Shown here: piece by piece, positions 46,426 to 54,013 of the stretch
Layout of the letters: the number at the start of each line of letters is the position of its first letter
Numbering within the stretch: position 1 is the stretch's first letter
Assembly (NCBI GenBank): GCA_964535655.1
Contig: CAZHTP010000001.1
Span: 186,862-250,861, forward strand
DNA from: an uncultured Gammaproteobacteria bacterium
GTDB lineage: Bacteria > Patescibacteriota > Microgenomatia > JALYQM01
Length of the DNA: 64,000 bases
Reading direction: 5' to 3'
Notes under the pieces: model-generated
Databases searched by the model: none
The model's input: the letters and a program-made list of their open reading frames with translations, nothing else
What the model was told of the DNA's origin: nothing
Translations under genes and position numbers: made by a program

Positions 46426-47898
46426 ATGAAAGATGAACAATCTAAAAGTCTAGGTGACAGTGTATATCATGATCTCGCAGAGCCACTTTGGAAGAATAGT
46501 TTTGCGATCGGATTTCGGAGAATGGAGCAAATACTTGCTGATGCTCAGATTAATACTGACCAGGTATTGCAGCAGCAACGAGCGCTTTTTGTTACAGCGT
46601 TCAACAGTAATCATTCTCAGGAGGGGTTTTGCGGTAGAGCGCAGGTTGTTTTCCGAAATGTTAGTGAGAGACTAACGCAGCTTGATAGGCACGATCTGGT
46701 TGAGGAGCTTGTAGCTGTTGCCAAGAGAGCCTCGGAAAGATCTAATCTTTTGTTGCATGATTTGGCTGAAAGTGGAGGAACTTTCCATGCTACTGAACAA
46801 TCATTTATAACTGACGGGACCATTATGATAGCTGGAGAAGCGATGGAAGCATTTGCTTCAACTCCTGACTACTTTTCGGCTATGGCAAAACTCTTTGGTT
46901 GTACAGAAGAAGTTGCACCTATTTTGAAAGATTCATTTTTTAAGGGGGCACATTTAGATGAAGATGATATTCAAAATATTGTTAATGCACAGCAGGCTGG
47001 GGATGATACAGTTGATATTCTCGTAGGTTTTTTACTTAGACAGCAGAGAAAATATCGATTCCCTACAACTCAGGATTATGAGTTTGTACCTGGAAAATCT
47101 GACGAATATAATCAGCAACGAAAGATAAAAGCAATTCGTGATGCTGCATATTGTGTTGGCTCAGTGATACGGGTTGTGAGTATCCTGTGCCAAGACGAAA
47201 TCTCGGCAATCTCAGATATCTCCGCTTGTGAGGACCCTATAGCTTTGTTCTTGAAATGTACTAGCAAAGAATATACTGCTGAGCAAGTAGATGTAATTAA
47301 AAGGATTGCTCTTGCCCATTGTACTCATGGTTTAAATTCCGGAGAGTTGACGGCTCGGTTATCTGGTTCTGTACGTACAACATTTCCACGCGGTATCATG
47401 GCGAGTTTACTTGTGCGCAGTGGTATTGTGCATGCTGGTGCGTTGAGTGAATGTATGATGCAAACGTCAGACTACTTGCAATCAGAGCTATCGGCGGAGG
47501 AATTTGTTAGCCTACTATTTTCCTCTCACGGAAAGTTATATGGATTTGGCCATCGGATACATAAGATCGATGCTTCGGATTCATCGGAGGTGCTTGGACG
47601 GGATCCTCGTGTACATTTTTACATCTCCTGTGCTAGAGAGGCATTCCCTGATAAAGCAGATGTTATTGATCGGCTTGTTGAATATGCAAAGGCCATACGT
47701 AAGAATAAGCCTACGCTTGGTGCTAATACCGACTTTGGGGCAAGCGTCTTATTTAATTGCCTTGATCTTTCGCCTCAAGTGGCAAGCGGGTTTTTTACTG
47801 CTTTTCGAATCCCTGGGATTTGCGCGAATATTGTGAATGAGTTACAGATTAAGTCTAATTCTAGAAAACCACCATTCCCTCCAGTGTTACCATATTAA
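46426..47898 (+). CDS. Citrate synthase-fold family protein, divergent, with an N-terminal extension of about 100 aa
   Basis: GFGHRIHK...DPRV (citrate synthase His box, with about 9 inserted residues) and a C-terminal block ANTDFGASVLFNCLDLS..FTAFRIPGICANIVNE that lines up with PNVDFYSGIILKAMGIP..FAMARTVGWIAHWSE of GltA. The start is 7-10 nt after TATAGTATAAT (leaderless). Confidence 0.5.
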   Translation: MKDEQSKSLGDSVYHDLAEPLWKNSFAIGFRRMEQILADAQINTDQVLQQQRALFVTAFNSNHSQEGFCGRAQVVFRNVSERLTQLDRHDLVEELVAVAKRASERSNLLLHDLAESGGTFHATEQSFITDGTIMIAGEAMEAFASTPDYFSAMAKLFGCTEEVAPILKDSFFKGAHLDEDDIQNIVNAQQAGDDTVDILVGFLLRQQRKYRFPTTQDYEFVPGKSDEYNQQRKIKAIRDAAYCVGSVIRVVSILCQDEISAISDISACEDPIALFLKCTSKEYTAEQVDVIKRIALAHCTHGLNSGELTARLSGSVRTTFPRGIMASLLVRSGIVHAGALSECMMQTSDYLQSELSAEEFVSLLFSSHGKLYGFGHRIHKIDASDSSEVLGRDPRVHFYISCAREAFPDKADVIDRLVEYAKAIRKNKPTLGANTDFGASVLFNCLDLSPQVASGFFTAFRIPGICANIVNELQIKSNSRKPPFPPVLPY

Positions 47899-48465
47899 TT
47901 ACAATAAATTTAATAAGCAGTTTTTGTCATATACGGTCGAAGATATTCCCAACTCCGAAGCTTTTTTAACATACTGTTCATTATCATCAATGTAGAGCAA
48001 TTCGTGCACAGAGTATTTGTTAAGTAATATTTTATACATTTCCTCTTCAGGCTTCATAACTCCCGTGTAACCCGAAGTAATGTAGTCGCTAAAAATCTCG
48101 TTAAGCCTTGCTTTGTCAATTCGATAGTCCATCCATTCTTTAGGACAATTGTTACAGGATATAAATCGATATTTTTTAGATAATTTTTGGAGGAGAGGGA
48201 GAGTGCTTTTGTTAATTTTTACTTTTTTTCGATATTCCTCAGCTAAGTCAATTTTAATTGGGGTCGCTATTGATTTTTCAACTTTAGCCCAATACGTTTC
48301 CTCAGAAATTTTTCCGGTGTAAAATTCCACTTTGCCGATTTCTAAAGCAGCTCTAAATTTATCAGGAGAGATTTCTAAGGTTTTACTTACTTCGACTATT
48401 CCTTCGGTTCGCCATGTAGTTCTAAAAACTATACCACCTATGTCTAAGGCAATCATTTTGATCAT
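47899..48465 (-). CDS. HAD-superfamily (subfamily IA-like) hydrolase
   Basis: Motif I IALDIGGIVF (DxG variant), motif III GVMKPEEEMY, motif IV LYIDDNEQ. Start overlaps the upstream gene's stop (ATGA). Confidence 0.45.
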   Translation of the reverse strand: MIKMIALDIGGIVFRTTWRTEGIVEVSKTLEISPDKFRAALEIGKVEFYTGKISEETYWAKVEKSIATPIKIDLAEEYRKKVKINKSTLPLLQKLSKKYRFISCNNCPKEWMDYRIDKARLNEIFSDYITSGYTGVMKPEEEMYKILLNKYSVHELLYIDDNEQYVKKASELGISSTVYDKNCLLNLL

Positions 48466-49166
48466 ACTGTTTGATTAGCATAGCGCAATAGTGCTGCGGC
48501 TATCAATATATCATCGGCATCATTAATGTTTATTGATCGTCTTTTAGGCATAACAAAACCTCGCGAATCTTTTCCAAATAGGCTTCCGTCTAAAATTACA
48601 TCCGCTCGTGTAACATAGACAGCGCCATTTCTTCTGTACACTGTGGGAATTGCCTGGCGTGGCAGAGGGGAATCTTCTTCACCAGGCATAAGAGGGATAA
48701 CGCGCCTATCTTCCGAAAGATATTTTAAGCGCATAGGGTGGCCGGTTTCGTCTGCTACCATACTTACTACAGAATCAGCCTCAGTTGCATCCATAAGCTC
48801 TAGAGCGCTATTAATATCAAAAGCAGTTCGAAGTGGGCTGGTAGCTCTCATTGTTACAACCAAGTCATAGTGTTCACCTTGATTTCTCAGCGAGGTGACA
48901 ACCTGCCTTATCACGGGAAATGTGGGTTGACCGTCGTAGGATAATTCCGGTGGGTGTCGGTTAGTACGGGCACCATATTGTTGTGCGACTTCTTCAATTT
49001 GATCATTGTCGGTAGTGACCATGACTGTACTCAGCCTTCGGCATTGTTGCGCGGCTTCGATGGTATATGCGAGCATAGGCCTACCTTCTAAGAGTATAAT
49101 GTTCTTACCCTCGACTCCTTTTGATCCGCCTCGGGTTGGAATGAGACCTAATATGCGTTGTTCCAT
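48462..49166 (-). CDS. Acylneuraminate/nonulosonate cytidylyltransferase family (CMP-NeuAc synthetase-like)
   Basis: ILGLIPTRGGSKGVEGKNI N-terminal motif of the CTP_transf_3 family. The ORF track extends to 49202, but an extended -10 TGGTATACT (forward 49175-49183) lies 8 nt upstream of the ATG at 49166, so I take 49166 as the leaderless start. Confidence 0.65.
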   Translation of the reverse strand: MEQRILGLIPTRGGSKGVEGKNIILLEGRPMLAYTIEAAQQCRRLSTVMVTTDNDQIEEVAQQYGARTNRHPPELSYDGQPTFPVIRQVVTSLRNQGEHYDLVVTMRATSPLRTAFDINSALELMDATEADSVVSMVADETGHPMRLKYLSEDRRVIPLMPGEEDSPLPRQAIPTVYRRNGAVYVTRADVILDGSLFGKDSRGFVMPKRRSININDADDILIAAALLRYANQTV

Positions 49167-49260
49167 TTGGGCAGAGTATACCACTGCTTTCTCCCATTGC
49201 AAAGGTTTTTTGTGCGTGATACAATTTTTTGTATAGATTTAATCGGATTTTACGTGTTCG

Positions 49261-49818
49261 GTGCTCTGTTTTGAGTTTAAAATAGAGGGAAAGGCCACAA
49301 TAGCTAAGAAATTTTACCGCGTTAACCAGTTCATTCGAGCTGATCAAGTTCGTGTTCTGGACGCTACAGGGAAACAACTCGGTGTATTTACCCTTCCTGA
49401 GGCTCTAAAACTAGCCCAAGAGCAAAAGTTAGACTTAGTTGAAGTAGCAGGTCAAGCAGTCCCTCCCGTCTGTAAGATCATTGATTTTAAGAAATTTAAG
49501 TATCTTGAGAGTAAAAAAGAGGCTGATAATAAAAAAGCCGCTAAGCAGGTTGAAACAAAAGAGATACGGCTTCGGCCTTTTACCTCCGATAATGACTTGG
49601 ATGTGCGACTGAGGAAAATGAAGGAATTTTTGGAGGATGGTAATCGGGTAAAGGTTGTGATACAATTCCGAGGTCGTGAAATGGCGCGGCCGGAATTCGG
49701 TCATCAGTTGGTAAAGAAAATAACTACCTTTCTCGTTGCAGAGGAATTAGGAAAAGAAGATAGACCAGCTCGATTTGAAGGTACAAAATTAGTTGTTGCG
49801 TATAGTCCGGCTAAATAA
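49261..49818 (+). CDS. infC: Translation initiation factor IF-3 (true start probably a non-ATG codon near 49300)
   Basis: RVNQFIRADQVRVLD..PPVCKIIDFKKFKY. There is no in-frame ATG before the conserved N-terminus. Candidate ATA at about 49300 after GAGGGAAAGG. Confidence 0.85.
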   Translation: MLCFEFKIEGKATIAKKFYRVNQFIRADQVRVLDATGKQLGVFTLPEALKLAQEQKLDLVEVAGQAVPPVCKIIDFKKFKYLESKKEADNKKAAKQVETKEIRLRPFTSDNDLDVRLRKMKEFLEDGNRVKVVIQFRGREMARPEFGHQLVKKITTFLVAEELGKEDRPARFEGTKLVVAYSPAK

Positions 49819-49829
49819 AGGATAATTTT

Positions 49830-50027
49830 ATGCCAAAAATGAAAACAAAGAAATCTCTATCAAAGAGAATCAAAGTTACCGGTACTGGTAAATTAATGCA
49901 CTACTCCAAGGGCAATAATCATATTAGAACCCCAAAGTCTGCATCACGATTGCGACGTATGGCTCATGCTAAACCAATTACAGGTAAGATGGAGAAGAAC
50001 TTTAAAAAGTTACTTCCTGGTATCTAG
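49830..50027 (+). CDS. rpmI: 50S ribosomal protein L35
   Basis: MPKMKTKKSLSKRIKVTGTGK. Confidence 0.9.
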   Translation: MPKMKTKKSLSKRIKVTGTGKLMHYSKGNNHIRTPKSASRLRRMAHAKPITGKMEKNFKKLLPGI

Positions 50028-50038
50028 GAGTTTTTATA

Positions 50039-50382
50039 TGTCCAGAGTAAAAAGAGGTGTTACATCAAGAGCCCGTCATAACCGCTTACTCAAAAGAGTA
50101 GAGGGCTATCGAATGACTAATAATCGCCTTGTGCAGCGTGCGCGAGAAGCAGATTTGCATGCAGGTCAGTATGCATACCATGGTCGTAAATTACGTAAGA
50201 GAGATATGCGTTCACTATGGATTACTCGTATTAGTGGAGCGTTACGGTTGGAAGGTCTAAAGTACAGCACCTTTATGGCAGCTTTAAAGAAAAAAGAAAT
50301 AAACCTTGATCGAAAAATGCTTGCTACTATGGTTCTTGAAGACCCAAAGAGCTTTACTCAATTAATGGGAATGGTTAAGTAG
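50039..50382 (+). CDS. rplT: 50S ribosomal protein L20
   Basis: MSRVKRGVTSRARHNRLLK. The ORF-track start at 49966 overlaps the rpmI 3' end. Confidence 0.9.
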
Positions 50383-50402
50383 GATAAAAGCTGCTTATTC
50401 AA

Positions 50403-50439
50403 ATCCCGCATTCATGCTTGTGAGTGCGGGATTTTTTTT
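50403..50439 (+). terminator. Rho-independent terminator after rplT
   Basis: ATCCCGCA...TGCGGGAT hairpin followed by T8. Confidence 0.7.
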
Positions 50440-50447
50440 GATATACT
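50439..50447 (+). promoter_or_regulatory. Extended -10 TGATATACT for pheST (short leader with SD GGAGC)
   Basis: Immediately after the terminator's T-run; ATG at 50462. Confidence 0.4.
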
Positions 50448-50461
50448 TGGAGCATTGCTTT

Positions 50462-51499
50462 ATGAAAGAAGATTTACAAAAACTCTTAGATACAACATTA
50501 AGTCAAATCAACGATATTCAGGATATTCCTCAGCTAGATAAACTTCGATTTGAAGTGCTTGATAAGAAAGATACTCTTTATTCTCAAATATCGATGCGCA
50601 TGCGTGAGCTTTCTAAGGACGAACGGCCGGTTATGGGACAGTTGTTGAATCAAATTAAGGGACAGCTAGATTCGGCCTTTTTAAGCAAAATGAAAGCCTT
50701 AAAAGAGGCCCGGTATAGTCAACTTGATACTATTGAACATGAGGATATGACTTTTCCTGTTCCACTGTCTGTTTTGGGGCATATTCATCCCGTTACTCAG
50801 GCTTATTTTGAAATTATTGAAATCTTCTCTCAAATTGGTTTCTCGTTTGCTGAAGGTCCTGAAGTTGAATGGTTTTGGCATGCCTTTGAAGCCTTAAATA
50901 TGCCTTCAGATCATCCTGCTTCTGATGATTTTGAAACATACTATGTATCTCATCCTTCGCATTCGCGTCATGGACGTATGTTACTACGACCCCATACTTC
51001 TCCTGTTCAAATACGCACCATGCTCTCGCAAAAGCCACCAATTAGAGTTGTGGTGCCTGGGAAGACGTATCGCCCTAATTACGACACTTCACATACGCCA
51101 ATGTTTCATCAGTTTGAAGGACTACTGGTTGATAAAAATGTCTCGATTGGGCATTTAGTAGGAACTCTGGATTATTTTGTCAAAAAATTCTTTGGAAATG
51201 ACATTCGTACTCGGATCCGTCCGTATCACTTTCAATTTACTGAGCCTTCATTTGAAGTAGATATCTCATGCACTATCTGTAAAGGTGAAGGCTGTCGTTT
51301 ATGTAAAGAAGGTTGGCTGGAACTAGGTGGAGCAGGTATGGTGCATCCAAACGTTTTGCAAAACGGTGGTATTGATCCTAAAGAATATAATGGCTTTGCG
51401 TTTGGATGGGGGATCGAGCGTTGTTTATCGATTCGTTCCGGAATTCCCGATATTCGTATGATTTATGAAGGTGAACTAAAATTGCTCAAGCAATTTTAA
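50462..51499 (+). CDS. pheS: Phenylalanine--tRNA ligase alpha subunit
   Basis: Class II catalytic core motifs (FRPHTSPVQIR, GLAFGWGIER-like GFAFGWGIER). Confidence 0.9.
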   Translation: MKEDLQKLLDTTLSQINDIQDIPQLDKLRFEVLDKKDTLYSQISMRMRELSKDERPVMGQLLNQIKGQLDSAFLSKMKALKEARYSQLDTIEHEDMTFPVPLSVLGHIHPVTQAYFEIIEIFSQIGFSFAEGPEVEWFWHAFEALNMPSDHPASDDFETYYVSHPSHSRHGRMLLRPHTSPVQIRTMLSQKPPIRVVVPGKTYRPNYDTSHTPMFHQFEGLLVDKNVSIGHLVGTLDYFVKKFFGNDIRTRIRPYHFQFTEPSFEVDISCTICKGEGCRLCKEGWLELGGAGMVHPNVLQNGGIDPKEYNGFAFGWGIERCLSIRSGIPDIRMIYEGELKLLKQF

Positions 51500-51521
51500 A
51501 TTATTGGAGCAAAATAAAATT

Positions 51522-53996
51522 ATGCTAGTACCCTTATCTTGGCTTAAAGAATATGTTGATATTTCGGATATCCCCGTAACCGAACTTCGTAAGAGAATGT
51601 CGGCGTCAGGTTTGGCTGTAGAGAGACAGCATGTTGTAGGAGAACGTATTGAATCGATTGTGGTTGGTGAAATAATAAATCAGCAAAAACATCCTGATTC
51701 AGATCACCTGTGGGTGTGCCAAATTAATATTGGGAAAAAAATAGCAGATCGGGATCTTAGCGACGATATTTTGCAGGCAGTTCAAATCATTACAGGTGCG
51801 CAGAATGTTTTTGAAGGCGCCAAAGTGCCCGTGATTTTACCGGGTAGTCAGCTTCCGGATGGAACGAAGATCGAATCAGCAAAGATGCGTGGCTGGGATT
51901 CTCAAGGCATGCTGTGTTCTGAGCGAGAACTTGGTCTTGGGGAAGGTCACGAAGGAATTATGATCCTTGGTAATGATGCTTGTGTTGGAGAGAGTCTGGT
52001 CACCTATTTAGGTCTGCCTGACGTTGTTTTTGACGTTGAAATTACTTCAAATCGAGGTGACTGTCTGTCTATGGTTGGGATTGCTCGAGAAGTGGCAACC
52101 TTATTTGGAAAAGAATTGCGGATGCCAACTGCTCTTTCGCTTGAAAATCCTGGGAAATCTGAACTTATTCCTGCAATTTCTGTTACCGTTGAAGACCCTA
52201 AGAAATGCGCTCGATTTTCAGTTGTTGGATTGGATGGTTTCCATTTAGGGACGTCTCCCATGTGGATGCAGCAACGGCTTTTGCGCGCTGGTATGCGTCC
52301 AATTAACAATCTAGTGGATATTACCAATTATGTAATGCTTGAATTAGGGCAGCCGTCGCATGCTTATGATGCGTTGCACGTTACTGATAAAACATTTGTC
52401 ATCCGCAGCGCGAAGCCAGGTGAAGTGCTTCAAACGCTTGATGAGAAGAAATTTACTTTAGAAGAAGGAATGCTTGTTATTGCCGATACTGAAAAATCCT
52501 TAGGGTTAGCTGGAATAATGGGAGGGAATTCAAGCAAAATTACGGAGGATACTCGTTCTCTCTTACTTGAAGTGGCTAACTTTAATCCCGTGAGCATTCG
52601 TCAAACTGGAATGAAGTTAGCTATTCGGAGTGAAGCTATTCTTCGATTTGAAAGAGGAATTGATGTTGGAGAGGTGCCTTGTGCTCTCTCGAGATTGCAC
52701 TATTTGTTTCATGAGTATGCCCAAGCGCATTTAGTTACACCCGTAGTCGAAGTGTATGCACAAGAAGAAGATTCTGCTCCAGTAACGCTTACATCACGTC
52801 TGTTAACTACTTATTTAGGAGAATCGATGAGTTGTTCGAGTGCAGAGAGGATCCTAAACAGTTTAGGGTTTGAGACTAAAGAAAAAACAGGAGATGATTT
52901 AGAATGGCGCTTAACCGTGGGTATTCCGAGCTGGCGTCGACGTGATGTATCAATAGAAGAAGATCTTATAGAAGAGGTTACTCGTATCTATGGATACGAT
53001 AATTTGAAAATTGCTACTCCGGTAGGTTCAGTTCCTTTTGTTCCTAAAAATAAAAAACTGGCCGTTAAATTGGAAACGCTTGATGTGATGCGAGGTCTTG
53101 GTTTTCAAGAAATACTAACATACTCATTTAATAGTAAAGATCAGATTGAATCGAGTGGATATGCTATCGAACAGGCTTTAGAAATGGCTAATCCATTATC
53201 GGAAGAACAGCGCTATTTGCGTATGTCATTATTGCCAAATTTACTTTGGACACTTGAAAAGAATAAACATTTAAAACAAAATTTACAGCTATTTGAATTG
53301 TCTTCAGTGTATCATCGAACATTGTTCGATGTTTTACCTGAAGAAGCAGTTGGTTTGCAGTACGAACCTCTTTATCTTAGTGGTTTTGTAATGGGAGAGC
53401 ACTATTCGTTTGATGACGCATATCGTGTTGTACACTCAGTTTTTGATTCTCTTTCAGCACGGTTACAAATTTTGACTGTAACGTTTACTCAGAATAGCGA
53501 GAAGCTGCAAAAAATGCCTTCTATAAAGATGTTCCATCCTGGAAGAGTGGGTGGCGTGATTTTAGATGGAAAAAATTGTGTTGGTCTATTTGGCGAAATC
53601 CATCCAAAAATACAGGAGGGATTTGGACTTAAGCAAGCTTCATTTGTTTTCGATGTTGCCTTTATGCCTTTTGTTGAACTGGCTACCCTTACAAAAGTGT
53701 ATCATCCATTTTCAGTATTCCCTGAAACAACTGAAGCCTTGTCCTTTATCTTGAATGAATCACAATTAGTAGGTGAGATTGTAGATACCCTGCGAAGCCT
53801 TGACTCTCGAATTGTTAAAATTGAAGTAGGACAGCCGTACCGGGGGAATCAAATTGATTTCGGCAAAAAAGCGATAACTTTTACTTTTGTATTCCAATCG
53901 ATCGAAGGACCAATCAAGGAGCAAGATGCTCAAACGCTGCGGGATAGAATTACCTCGCTTGTTACCTCCCTTTACAAAGGCGAGTTGCGTCGTTAG
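51522..53996 (+). CDS. pheT: Phenylalanine--tRNA ligase beta subunit
   Basis: MLVPLSWLKEYVD N-terminus, B3/B4 and B5 domains, about 825 aa. Confidence 0.9.
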   Translation: MLVPLSWLKEYVDISDIPVTELRKRMSASGLAVERQHVVGERIESIVVGEIINQQKHPDSDHLWVCQINIGKKIADRDLSDDILQAVQIITGAQNVFEGAKVPVILPGSQLPDGTKIESAKMRGWDSQGMLCSERELGLGEGHEGIMILGNDACVGESLVTYLGLPDVVFDVEITSNRGDCLSMVGIAREVATLFGKELRMPTALSLENPGKSELIPAISVTVEDPKKCARFSVVGLDGFHLGTSPMWMQQRLLRAGMRPINNLVDITNYVMLELGQPSHAYDALHVTDKTFVIRSAKPGEVLQTLDEKKFTLEEGMLVIADTEKSLGLAGIMGGNSSKITEDTRSLLLEVANFNPVSIRQTGMKLAIRSEAILRFERGIDVGEVPCALSRLHYLFHEYAQAHLVTPVVEVYAQEEDSAPVTLTSRLLTTYLGESMSCSSAERILNSLGFETKEKTGDDLEWRLTVGIPSWRRRDVSIEEDLIEEVTRIYGYDNLKIATPVGSVPFVPKNKKLAVKLETLDVMRGLGFQEILTYSFNSKDQIESSGYAIEQALEMANPLSEEQRYLRMSLLPNLLWTLEKNKHLKQNLQLFELSSVYHRTLFDVLPEEAVGLQYEPLYLSGFVMGEHYSFDDAYRVVHSVFDSLSARLQILTVTFTQNSEKLQKMPSIKMFHPGRVGGVILDGKNCVGLFGEIHPKIQEGFGLKQASFVFDVAFMPFVELATLTKVYHPFSVFPETTEALSFILNESQLVGEIVDTLRSLDSRIVKIEVGQPYRGNQIDFGKKAITFTFVFQSIEGPIKEQDAQTLRDRITSLVTSLYKGELRR

Positions 53997-54013
53997 CTTT
54001 GTTATTTCCTTCA

